64,000 nt of DNA from Macrostomum lignano (lineage: Eukaryota): contig NIVC01000618.1 in NCBI GenBank assembly GCA_002269645.1, positions 310,001-374,000 on the forward strand. Direction: 5' to 3'. Shown here in pieces: positions 12,236-24,116 of the stretch. Under the pieces are notes generated by a model, which saw only the letters and a program-made list of their open reading frames with translations, was not told where the DNA came from and made no database searches. Every line of letters starts with the position of its first letter. The first letter of the stretch is position 1. Position numbers and translations under genes: made by a program.

Positions 12236-12959
12236 GGGACTCTCTCGCGGAGTTCATTCATTTTAGTAAACAAATAAAAACAAACACGATTAACACACAA
12301 AGTTAAGAGCAAGCAATTATAAGCCAATGCATCTGATTATGCGAAACACAGACAAGAGACGGGACCAAGCAAGAGGATGTCATGGAGTACGACGGACTTT
12401 AAACACTTCCATGTAAACTGCTCAACTTTGATTAATTAACCAAACTAATCAGGGAATGATAAGTTCGCCTGAATGAAGACTTACGAGTACTTACCTAGAA
12501 TACTAAATTAATTGTCGCATGGGGACTGCTCAAATCCCACCATAAACCGACAACCAACCAGAGGTCTGCGTTCTCTTATTGCCAACACATTTATTATAAG
12601 TGTATATTTTTTAGTTAACGACACTGTCTTAAATACAAAAGCCAATTAAATAAGCAAAACGGCGGAGCAGAAAGCAAAGATTTGATAGCAGACACGGGAC
12701 AATAAAGGGCATGGGAAACGATAGGCAAAAGGCTGGCTACAAAATCGCATTGTTTGGCGTCGACGACTTTGCAAGCGCTGTCCCACTGGGTGGAAACTCG
12801 AATTAATTAGGATTGTTCGCTTATATAGTGAATACAGAGCATAAACACACGCAGTTGGTAACTGAGGAGAACTGAATCAAGTTTAGCTGCAGGACAGACA
12901 GCTGGTTACTGAAGATTAGGAGAAAAAGGCATGCACAGGCTCCGATACTTCGGCATGGG

Positions 12960-12978
12960 GTCAGACAGACAGACAGAC

Positions 12979-13035
<57 letters not shown>

Positions 13036-13064
13036 GACACTATGACAGACAGACACAGACAGAC

Positions 13065-13101
<37 letters not shown>

Positions 13102-13128
13102 GGCAGACAGACAGGCAGACAGACAGGC

Positions 13129-13159
<31 letters not shown>

Positions 13160-13232
13160 GACACAGACAGACAGAGACACTATGACAGACAGACAGACAG
13201 ACAGACAGACACACAGACAGACAGACAGACAC

Positions 13233-13285
<53 letters not shown>

Positions 13286-13362
13286 GACACAGACAGACAC
13301 ACAGACAGACAGACAGACAGACACACAGACAGACACACAGACAGACAGACAGACAGACAGAC

Positions 13363-13413
<51 letters not shown>

Positions 13414-13414
13414 C

Positions 13415-13463
<49 letters not shown>

Positions 13464-13487
13464 GACACAGACAGACAGAGACACTAT

Positions 13488-13579
<92 letters not shown>

Positions 13580-13625
13580 GACACAGACAGACAGAGACAC
13601 TATGACAGACAGACAGACAGACAGA
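12960..13625. repeat. (GACA)n microsatellite
   Basis: Long tetranucleotide array that explains the spurious TDRQ/SVCL ORFs. Confidence 0.97.
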
Positions 13626-14339
13626 ACGGACACGAGACGCAGAATCACAATCGATACAGTAAAAGCCGGGTCGAACAATTACCAAATAAAAATAATTAAG
13701 CTCCGCAGGGGGCGCACAGATTTGATGCAAGCAAGGAAATTAATATAAAAGTTCTACACTTGAATAAATCAACAACAGTGAGAAATTAAAACTACTGTGC
13801 TGTTTATTGCTACAGACAGGCAATAAAGATATAGTATCAAATAATTAAAGAATTTAATTCAACATCGAGTGCACTATTGCCACAGTTGAGTGCAGCTTAT
13901 TAGTTATACTGTGAATTCTATTGATATACTATTAATAGTAAGCAATTGGTACGCATTGTTATAAAGGAAATTTCGATAATTATTTTAATTGAAATAAATT
14001 GCCTAACCCACAGCCGTTAGTAACCTCAATAGTTTCATAGTCCAATTAATTAGTTAATTGTGCCAAAGCACGAAATTCCAGCAAGTCCACCATTCTTAGA
14101 AGGGCTCAGGCAAGGAGTTAAATGAGTTTTTTAAAAACTTTAAATAAGTTTAAAAAAATAATTGGTTGATCAGAATGAATTCAGTGTACAAAAATGTTTA
14201 ACCAACAGACGCAGAGTGAAATAAATCACTGGGTGAAGTTGACGGGAGTGCAAAGATCAGAACTGGGCCTAAGCTGTGCTCAGTTGAAACCGGAACTAAT
14301 CGTCCTTTTTTAATTAAGGCTTTGAAGTTGAAATCACAG

Positions 14340-14935
14340 GTAAGGGTAAGGAGTTGAGGGAAGACGGTGTACATTAGAGTAAGGGGTTGAGGGGAGTGTA
14401 CATTAGGGTAAGGGGTTGAGGGAGTGTACATTAGGGTAAGGGATTGAGGGGAGTGTACATTAGGGTAAGGGGTTGAGGAGAGTGTACATTAGGATAAGGG
14501 TTTGAGGGGAGTGTACATCAGGCGGGGAAGGGGGTTGAGGGCCGAGAGTGTACATTAGGGTAAGGGATTGAGGAGAGTGTACATTAGGGTAAGGGGTTGA
14601 GGGGAGTGTACATTAGGGTAAGGGGTTGAGGAGAGTGTACATTAGGATAAGGGTTTGAGGGGAGTGTACATTAGGGTAAGGGGTTGAGGGAGTGTACATT
14701 AGGGTAAGGGGTTGGGGGAGTGTACATTAGGGTAAGGGATTGAGGGAGTGTACATTAGGGTAAGGGGTTGAGGGAGTGTACATTAGGGTAAGGGGTTGAG
14801 GGAGTGTACATTAGGGTAAGGGGTTGAGGAGAGTGTACATTAGGGCAAGGGTTGAGGGGAGTGTACATTAGGATAAGGGTTTGAGGGGAGTGTACATCAG
14901 GCGGGAAGGGGGTTGAGGGCCGAGAGTGTACATTA
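14340..14935. repeat. 27-29-bp G-rich minisatellite (GAGTGTACATTAGGGTAAGGGGTTGAGG)n
   Basis: Tandem units, most containing TTAGGG and several G-runs. Confidence 0.93.
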
Positions 14936-15484
14936 GGACACCAAACGCTGGCGGAGCCTAAATTAAAAGTGACAATAAGTTTTCTGCTTATAACACAAAT
15001 ATATATATCCACAAGTTACTGACCATAATGTGATAACTAAATTAATGTAAGCAAGTAAAATGTAGTAAAAATATATAATTCTTAAATAGCAAAGCATTGC
15101 ATAGAAGCTGGCACGCGCTGAAAGCGACACAAAAAAAGAAAAATTCGAGACAGAGAGAAAAAAATTGGCGAAGCCGACTGTGTAATTATTTTATATAATA
15201 TAATATAATATAATATAATATAATATAATTTTGACGTACATGGATATGCGAAAAAGCTGTAGCTAGAGCTTCGGCTGGAGTAAAACAATAAAATATTATA
15301 AAAGTTTAACTAACAGCGAACACAATTAGTTAGAAATCGACACAAAAAACAACAAAAAAGCTATTTTGAACAAAAGAAAGCCTCAGAAATAGACCATACC
15401 TATAGTGAATTTATATATTCTATATTAGTGGCATAATGCCAAACAGTTTAGTCCAAAAAGCTACTTGCCACTCCAGGTGAAACT

Positions 15485-15935
15485 ATTATTGCAGTCTATG
15501 ACCTAAAGTGGGTAGTTTCTGCAGCAGTCTATGGCTTAAACTGCGTAGTAGTTTCTGTAGTAGTCAATGGCCTGAAGTGGGTAGTAGTCTCTGCAGCAGT
15601 CTATGGCTTAAAGTGGGTAGTTTCTGCAGCAGTCTATGGCTTAAACTGCGTAGTAGTTTCTGTAGTAGTCAATGGCCTGAAGTGGGTAGTAGTCTCTGCA
15701 GCAGTCTATGGCTTAAAGTGGGTAGTTTCTGTAGTAGTCAATGGCCTGAAGTGGGTAGTAGTCTCTGCAGCAGTCTATGGCTTAAAGTGGGTAGTTTCTG
15801 TAGTAGTCTATGGCCTAAAGTGGGTAGTGGTTTCTGTAGTAGTCAATGGCCTAAAGTGGGTAGTAGTTTCTGCAGCAGTCTATGGCCTAAAGTGGGTAGT
15901 GGTCTCTGCAGCAGTCTATGGCCTAAAGTGGGTAT
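15485..15935. repeat. ~33-36-bp minisatellite (GTAGTTTCTGCAGCAGTCTATGGCCTAAAGTGG)n
   Basis: Tandem array that explains ORF 15508-16089. Confidence 0.92.
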
Positions 15936-16180
15936 TAGTTTCAGTAGCAGTAGACCGGTTAACATCAGGTTACCACATTTAATTTGCCAACATTTGTCAA
16001 GTTTACTTACGCATTATTATATATTCTCAGCTAACAACTATACAGACACAACATGCAATTATAAAGCTGAATGCCCAGAAGCAGAGTAATCACAGGGACA
16101 GCAGAACCAAAGCGAAAAAAACACGAATTTCAGACAAGAAATTACATATAGCAGCTACTTATATTTTCGAACAGGATCGC

Positions 16181-19100
16181 TCAGACGATTTCGTACAGTT
16201 CAACGGGACCATTTTTCTCTGATTCCGTTGGCGCTGGCGCCGTCGGCGAAGGATTCGAGGTAGCTGCTGCTGAAATGGCGTCCGCTAATTCGCCAGGTTG
16301 GCTAGCGGGAGCGACTGTGGAAGCCACGGCTGGCGTTGGTGCAGCCGAGGCAATTTCAGCTTCAAGCAGCTGCATGTAGGCCCGGTAGCGGACCAGCTCG
16401 TGCTGCAGGAAGGCCACGTGTCGTTGCCGCTCCGCGCCGCCGACAGGGCAGACAACGGGAGAGGCGGCGGCGGTGGCGGGGGTCGCCGTCGGCTGCGCTG
16501 CTGGGGAGGTGTCCGAGGGGGCATCGCCGGAAGAGGCGCCAAGAGATTGCAGTTCGCTTTTGACAGAGGCGACCTGCAGCCGGAGGCAGAAAATTATAAA
16601 AAATGGACTCATCAAGAGACTAGCTCGCAAGCAGGACACCTGATGGACTAACAACTTTTTGATGACCTCACTTTGACACTGCGGAACTTAAAATGATTCC
16701 TGGTGAATCTCATACCAACCTCATGAATATCATACTGACCTCATGATTCGCATACCGATCTTATGAATCTCATACCGACCTTATGAATCTCATACCGACC
16801 TCATTTAACTTATACCAACCTCATGAATCTCATACTAACCTCATGAATATCATACCGACCTCATTTAACTCATACTGACCTCATTAATCTCACACTGATC
16901 TAATGAATCTCATACCGACCTCATGAATCTCATCTGACCTCATGAACTTCATACTGACCTCATGAATCTCATACCGATCTAATGAATCTCATACCGACTT
17001 CATGAATCTCACGCTGACCTCATGAATCTCACGCTGACCTAATGAATCTCATACCAACCTTATGAATCTCATACCGACCTCATGAATCTCACGCTGACCT
17101 AATGAATATCATACTGACCTCATGAATCTCATACTGACCTCATGAATCTCATACCGACTTCATGAATCTCAAGCTGACCTCATGAATCTCATACCGACCT
17201 CATGAATCTCATACCGACCTCATGAATCTCATACCGACCTCATGAATCTCACGCTGACCTAATGAATCTCATACCGACCTCATGAATCTCATACCGACCT
17301 CATGAATCTCACGCTGACCTAATGAATCTCATACTGACCTCGTGAATCTCATACCGCCCTTATGAATATCATACCGATTTCATGAATCTCACGCTGACCT
17401 CATAGATCTAATACTGGCATCAGAGTGACTCCATCGCTCACCTGTTCCCTAAACCGGATCAGCTGTTCAGCAATAGGCAAATTGGACGGGCCAGAAGGCA
17501 GCAACGGGCGGGCGAAGGCGCAGGCTGGCTGGCTGCCAACCGGAGCCGGCAGCGCCTGTGCGGACAGCCAAGCGGCTGCCCGATTGACGGCTTCAACCCA
17601 GGCGTCGGCGTCCGCCTGCGACGCGGCTTGAAGTAACAATTCGGCGCCGCTAGCTAATCTTAGGCGCCAGACGTGGCGCCGTTTAGTATACTCGGGCGCC
17701 GGGCCGGCCAAGGAATGATGGACGCGCAGCTCGGCGTCTGGCGAAGCGGCGGCAACGGCAGCAACTGAGTCGTCCTTGTGCATGGCCAGGCTGAGGTCTT
17801 TGAGCACGCAGTACACGCGGCGCCAGGACCGACGGCCTTTGCGCGTCCGACGCCCGCCAGAGTCGAGGATCTGTTTGAGTGGAGATGCAGGAATTCATCT
17901 ATCAATCACCTCCCCCCAGTAAAGGCTATAGGGGGACATGTAAATGCTTTATTCTCTCCCCACTTTGTGGTGACCCGTTGTGGAAATCAATAATTTTGCT
18001 ATAGGGCGCTAAAATGAGTGCCTGTTGCGCTAAAATGAGTGCCTGTTGCGCTAAAATGAGTGCCTGTTGCGCTAAAATGAGTGCCTGTTGCGCTAAAATG
18101 AGTGCCTGTGGCGCTAAAATGAGTGCCTGTTGCGCTAAAATGAGTGCCTGTTGCGCTAAAAAAGAAGTGCCTGTTACGCTAAAAAAGAAGTGCCTGTGGC
18201 GCTAAAATGAGTTGCCTGTAGTGTCAAAATGAGTGCCTGCAGCGCCAAAAATAAGTGCCTGTGGCGCTGAAATAAGTGCCTGTGGTCCCTAAAATGAGCG
18301 CTGACAACATTAAATTTCAAAATAATGTAAATAAACTTAGTACTAAATAGATGACGAGGCATTCCACCTTAAAAATACAGTAATAGCTACTCATGCCGTT
18401 TACCTAAAGTTACGTTAATTTTTGTTTGCTGCTTTCATAGGTAAGGACTCTGGCTGTTCCCTCCTGACCCAGCGCTTACACCTATAACTTGACAACAATA
18501 CAGAAATCCAACTCACGTGCTTCCTAACCAAGAAGCCCTTTCGAAATTCGATGCCGGGACCGCTGCTGCCGCCGCCGCCGCCGCCGCCGTTGCCATCGCC
18601 GGTCGCCAAGCCCGGATTGCTGAGCCCGGCCGTGTCGCCAGCAGCGCCTGCCGAGCCTGATTGGCCGTCGCTGACACCGGGTTGGCCTGGCGGCGCACCG
18701 GTGGCCGACTTGACAGTCGCAGCAGCTGCAGCAGCCGCCGCTCCGGCCGCTGCATCAGCGGAATCGATGGGTCCCAAACCGGCTGGCTGCAGGATAGGCT
18801 GAGACTTAATAGCCTGATAGAGCGACTTCAGCACCTCCCTGGGATAATTCTGGCCTTCGTTTAAATTAGCCAAATTGTCAATAAACTGCTGGCTAGTCAT
18901 TCTCTGGCCAATAGCTCCGTGTAGGTCTTTGTTCAGCAGCAGCAGGGCGCAGGCTAGGGTGTGACAAGAGTCGGCAGTGGGATAGCTATCGGGATTGCAG
19001 CGCAGGTAGGACTTGGCAAAGTGCAGCAATACCCGCTCCTGATCGGCCGTTTCGCCTTGCAGACAAAATCTGCTAAGAAATTTCCTCAACGCTGTGTCCA

Positions 19101-19587
19101 AAGTGTCGTCGCTAAAGTCGAACAGAGCGGCGTACTCTTCGCCAACCAGAGTGTTGAAATCGTTTTTACGGGACAGGTGCTTCGCTACGTCAGTGTGCCG
19201 GAAGCCCTCTAGCAGGAACAGACGCTTAGCCAGACGCCTGGCCGCTTCTCTGTCTGCCGCTTTTGGCGGCTGATGATAAATACTCTCAGCTAGGGACTCG
19301 GAGTCCGAGCTGCTGTCCTCCTGACCGTCTGGCGGAGTGCGCGGATCTTCCGGCTCCAGCTCGTTGCCGCTGCCGCTGCCGCCATTGCAGTCAACAATGG
19401 ACGGCTGTCTTGAAACGGACACCAACTGATCTTCATCCTCAGACTCTTCGTTATCAACAGGATCCGGGCCAGTTACAATTATGTCGGGCTTGGAGGCTTC
19501 ATCCATGAAGGCCAAGCCGTTGCCGTCTGCATTCAACAGCTCCTCGATGGTGGCAGCATTGGTGGATGATTCCTCAGCTTCAGTCAT
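16181..19587 (-). CDS. PSD: PH and Sec7 domain-containing ARF6 GEF (PSD/EFA6 family), 3 exons
   Basis: Exons 19587-18517, 17870-17442, 16573-16181, all phase 0, GT-AG. Sec7 motifs are LDTALRKFLSRFCLQGETADQERVL and LLLLNKDLHG..MTSQQFIDNL. The PH domain reads GFLVRKH|ILDSGGRRTRKGRRSWRRVYCVLK..LLLQAASQADADAWVEAVN. The C-terminal coiled coil reads FLQHELVRYRAYMQLL. Further 5' exons are not excluded. Confidence 0.9.
16700..17402. repeat. 20-bp intronic minisatellite (CTCATGAATCTCATACCGAC)n
   Basis: Fills PSD intron 16574-17441. Confidence 0.95.
18003..18300. repeat. 21-bp intronic minisatellite (GCGCTAAAATGAGTGCCTGTT)n
   Basis: Lies within PSD intron 17871-18516. Confidence 0.93.
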
Positions 19588-21143
19588 GATGGGAAAGAGA
19601 GATTAGGGCTTTATTATTGAATTTTAATAATTAGATTTATTTTATTTGGTCGGCAACTGGCCCAAGAACCTGCCAGTGCAAGATTGCGGCAAGCCTTGGC
19701 TGCGCAATGCTGCATGAATTGCAAATTTGAATTGCTTTCTTAATATGCTAATGAGAGCCTGGGATAATGTGTTAGTGTTGGAACTCGCCATCTCATAAGC
19801 CAGATTGAATCAGTTTGATTAAACTCAAAACTATGCATCCTGGTTTGTTTACATGCATGGTCACATTTGTTTGTAGCTAGTGCGCAAAAATTAGCTTTTG
19901 TTGTGCAATTCACAGTCATGAAATCTGGCCCTCAAAACAGAGTGTACATGCCTAATGATAGGAAAGTCAGAGCTGCAGTACACTATGGTTGTGTGTGTTC
20001 AGGAGTCAGAGGAATGGATACAACCATTCTACTATATATTCTGTGCTATTACAATTTTTTTAAACTGATTGCCTAAATCTGGCTGAACAAAAAAGTTAAA
20101 TTTCAGATTCTGATTCTCCTAGACTAGAATGTAAATTCTTTAAATTGATTGGCTAGACGACAGCTTCAAAATAAAAAAATTATGCTATATTTATTACACT
20201 AATTAAAATCATAAAATAGATACTAATCCCAAGGGCCTAGGCCAATTCATTGCAGCATAGCAACACTACTGACCTATAGAACTAAGGAATCTGCTATCTA
20301 GAAGTGCTCTCTCTAGACTGTGCCTTCATTTACCATATATATATGAATATTTATATCCTATGAAGCAGATTGTCAAAAAAATTATCTATAACAAAGACAG
20401 TGTATTTTATAAATATAATAAAAGCTGAAACTTAAGCCTTTAGTAGCAATATTATATAATAGCTTCAATGGACTATACAACTATTGTGAAAACAATGAAG
20501 GCTTTAATCACTATGCTTTGCTTTGGTAATTGGCATTAGGGACAGATTTAGGGGGGGGATGGCTATCTCCCTATCCCCCCAATAGCTTGATAAGGCATAT
20601 TTGCACCCCCTAAAAGCCAAAGTTTGTGTCCTTTAAACTTGCTTTTTTGCCCTTCCACACATACATGTTTTGCACCTCTAAGCTTGATTTTTTTGCCCTT
20701 TACATGCATGCCAATCATATATTTGTTACATTATGACAACTTGCTATTATGCAAATAACTATGCTACTTGTTTGTTAGTCTTTGTTAACCTATTACTTAT
20801 TTAGTGATTTTAACAATAACATTAATTTACTTATGACTTTATAGATTCAGCTGCCTTGAAATGTCCTTTGGGTATTTACTTCTATCCAATGCTTTAATCA
20901 TAAGCCAATAATAGTATTTGTTTAATAGCCTATAGTCTACAATTCTAGGGCTAATCTTGCTCTTTCATAATCATAGTACCTATTAATAAAGCTATATCAT
21001 GGACCAAATGAAATGCTACTGCTACTAGCCTTGCTACTATAGACAAGAGCTCATTACAGATTATAGCAAATGTATAATGTATATTAGATTTTTAAATTTA
21101 ATATATATAATCCCAAATGGCTACAAAAGCTATATTAAATATA

Positions 21144-21643
21144 CCAGGTGTTACAAAAAAACTTGACACTTTAGACTTTCATTATAAAAATATTGCATGA
21201 CTTTTTTCAGCATAAATTCTTGTGTCATCTTAATGTACATAAACTTGAGAATCAGTGGCTACTAAAAATTTCCACGTTTGACCAAAGCCCACAAAAAATG
21301 GAAGCCAGAAGGCACAGTGTCAGCTCTGCTCAATGCAGGCATATCAATGATAGACATTGCTCATTTAATTGGCATGAATTGGTTGGTTAAGAACATGTCA
21401 TTCTAGGATAATCCTTCTAGCCACCACAGTCAAGTGACTTGACTATATTGCCAAGGTCTACTCAAGCTTCCAGCCACGACTGGAGAAAGTTGTGGCTGCC
21501 AATGGCAACTATATTGACTGAGCTAGCACTTTGCATGTATTTTAATATAACAGAAAAAAAAAGTTAATTTTTTATATATGCACTAAACTATAGCAATTTT
21601 TAGTGAATAACCCTGTTTTGTCAAGTTTTTTTGTAACACCCAG
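21144..21643 (+). mobile_element. Internally deleted Tc1/mariner (maT/DD37D-like) DNA transposon
   Basis: Imperfect ~25-bp TIRs CCAGGTGTTACAAAAAAACTTGACA / TGTCAAGTTTTTTTGTAACACCCAG, flanked by TA on both sides. Transposase remnants are an N-terminus (MEARRHSV../LLNAGISMIDIAHLIG, frameshifted, from 21298) and a C-terminus SFQPRLEKVVAANGNYID*. Confidence 0.8.
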
Positions 21644-22733
21644 TAAATAAGCCCTATACTGACTTGTCAGCAATCTTCTAGTTTACTATATTTAATTATT
21701 TTTATGTTTTTACAAACTTTTCAATTTTTAATCTATCTAGTGATTCCCAGTACAAGAATATTGACTGATAGATGGCAGGCCTACAATACAACAGCTTGCG
21801 GAATAATGTGGCTATTAATTATTGACTCTATTTTATAGATCCCACAACCCAACTATCTTAATCTATATAAATACCATTGAGGGGTCATGGGAAGGGTTCC
21901 TGGACACTTCGTCATCTTACCACTTCGTCATCTCAATGACGAAGTGACCATGGTTTTTGGATGCTTCGTCATATCAAAAAATGTTAGTAAATCTAGATGA
22001 CGAAGTGACCAAATTTTGAGGACACTTCGTCATCCCAAGATTTAGCAACACTGTAAATTGTTATTCGATTGTTATTGTTATAAATTGTTACTCAATCATA
22101 TTAGTCAATTTTGTCTGTTGTCGCTATAATTGGCATCCAATGTACACAATGTATACGCAGTTTGCATATGCACGCTTCAATGTACGAGTACATACGTAGA
22201 TACTAGTGCTCATTGTAATTTTGTTCTAATGTTCAAACTTGCCAAGCTCTAATAATTATTTTTGCTTCCTTGCTAAAGCCTAAAATTGGCATTATCACTT
22301 CTACAACCCAGGGGAGGCAACAAAGTATGTGGCCATGGATTCCTCCTTGCTTCACCTGCAGAGACTTAACTAACCCTTGAATCACAACCCAATACAATCT
22401 GAGCTAGAGTGATGTTACGTAATGGATTTCTCCTTGCTCCACCTGCAGGGACTTAACCAACCCTTCACACGCATACAGTCTGAGCTAGAGCGTTTTCACC
22501 CCCTAAATGTGCTAAGCCATACATGTATTTGTGTCTATGAGTGCAACGTGCCAATTCTCCAACCAACTAACCACAGTGGCGGATCCAAGAGGGGTGCAGG
22601 TGCAGAGATGGTCACACCCCTCAAGACTGAAGTGGCCAGCCTACCCCCACCCAGAATTTTATTATAAATATGGTGCATGAAATCACATATGAGAAGCAAA
22701 TACATGTAAGAAACAGCTAGTTTATCAGTGAAA

Positions 22734-24116
22734 ATGGCAGACATCTGCATTTTTTGTCAAGAGCCAGTTAGCAAAAAACAGCAAGCGCTTCAATGTGACA
22801 TTTGTCAGCAATGGCAGCACCGTCGTCTGCGTTGTGGCACAGGAATTTCTAAGGAAGAATATCGAGAGCTGTCTAGCCAAGGGAACTTTCCATGGAGCTG
22901 CACACGCTGTCGAGGTGAGCCGCCAGCCGTCCAGCAGCCGCCAGCCGTCCAGCAGCAGGTAGAGCCGCCAGCCGTCCAGCAGCAGGTAGAGCCGCCAGCC
23001 GTCCAGCAGCAGGTAGAGCCGCCAGCTGTCCAGCAGCAGGTAGAGCCGCCAGCCGTCCAGCAGCAGGTAGAGCCGCCAGCTGTCCAGCAGCAGGTAGAGC
23101 CGCCAGCCGTCCAGCAGCAGGTAGAGCCGCCAGCTGTCCAGCAGCAGGTAGAGCCGCCAGCCGTCCAGCCGCCAGCCGTCCAGCAGCAGGTAGAGCCGCC
23201 AGCCGTCCAGCAGCCGCCAGCCGTCCAGCAGCAGGTAGAGCCGCCAGCCGTCCAGCAGCTGCCAGCCGTCCAGCCGCCAGCCGTCCAGCAGCAGGTAGAG
23301 CCGCCAGCCGTCCAGCCGCCAGCCGTCCAGCAGCAGGTAGAGCCGGTTGCAGAGCTTATCCTAGCTGAATTGTACGCTATTGACGCAGTGCATGATTACA
23401 ATTCTATCTTTAATTTACTTAAGAATGTAATTGGAGGCCAGGCAGGTCCTGAGTCATGCGTGCTTGATTTTGAAGCTGCTGTCTGGCAGTCACTGCGCTC
23501 CGTTTTTCCTCGTGCTAAATTGCAGGGCTGCCTATTCCACTACTCCCAAGCAATTTTTCGCCGTGTACAACACATGGGCCTCCAGCGAGCCTATCTCGAG
23601 GACCCTGGCACGCGAGAATTCTGCCGCTTGCTGATGGCGCTGCCTTATCTGCCAGGCGAACACATGGCTGATGGGCTTGCCCAGGTTATCGCTGGTGTTC
23701 AGTCTCCAGAACTACTCGACCTTGCCGAGTACGTCACCAGCACCTGGCTGGACAGCCCTGTGCATAGTGTCCAAGAGATAAGCGTGTTCGCCCAGTCAAT
23801 TCGAACTAACAACGAGTGCGAAGGCTGGCACCGGCGACTAAAGCAGCGGGCGGAGCACACCCAGCTGACTCTGTATCCGCTGATGGAGTTGCTGCACAAG
23901 GAAGCCGAGCTTGTACCAGTTTACGCCTCCCTGGTGCGTGAGCAAGGAGCCCAAGAGCGTCAGTGCAAGTTGCGTTACCAGCAGCTGCAGGAGTCTGCAG
24001 AGCGCAACTGGGCCAAATATCGAGCTGGTGAACTCTCCATCCGCAGCTTCCTGCTTAGCTGCTCTCGCCTGGGTCACATCCCTCGGTTCGGCGGTCAAGT
24101 GCAAGGCCATCAGTGA
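22734..24116 (+). CDS. PHD finger + (PPAVQQQVE)n + C-terminal half of a MULE transposase
   Basis: First ATG at 22734 (the ORF track starts at a GTG). C4HC3 PHD: CIFC..CDICQQWQH..C..CTRC. MULE motifs are LDFEAAV, QGCLFHYSQAI (CxxH), LMALPYLP and RTNNECEGWHRRL. No upstream DGTF-type first catalytic Asp is visible. Confidence 0.8.
   Translation: MADICIFCQEPVSKKQQALQCDICQQWQHRRLRCGTGISKEEYRELSSQGNFPWSCTRCRGEPPAVQQPPAVQQQVEPPAVQQQVEPPAVQQQVEPPAVQQQVEPPAVQQQVEPPAVQQQVEPPAVQQQVEPPAVQQQVEPPAVQPPAVQQQVEPPAVQQPPAVQQQVEPPAVQQLPAVQPPAVQQQVEPPAVQPPAVQQQVEPVAELILAELYAIDAVHDYNSIFNLLKNVIGGQAGPESCVLDFEAAVWQSLRSVFPRAKLQGCLFHYSQAIFRRVQHMGLQRAYLEDPGTREFCRLLMALPYLPGEHMADGLAQVIAGVQSPELLDLAEYVTSTWLDSPVHSVQEISVFAQSIRTNNECEGWHRRLKQRAEHTQLTLYPLMELLHKEAELVPVYASLVREQGAQERQCKLRYQQLQESAERNWAKYRAGELSIRSFLLSCSRLGHIPRFGGQVQGHQ
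22915..23345 (+). repeat. 27-bp coding minisatellite (CCGCCAGCCGTCCAGCAGCAGGTAGAG)n within the MULE ORF
   Basis: In-frame units with shorter in-frame variants, encoding PPAVQQQVE. Confidence 0.95.

Noticed and set aside
12906-13748. Long ORFs (SVCL.., TDRQ..)
   Set aside because: Translations of the (GACA)n microsatellite.
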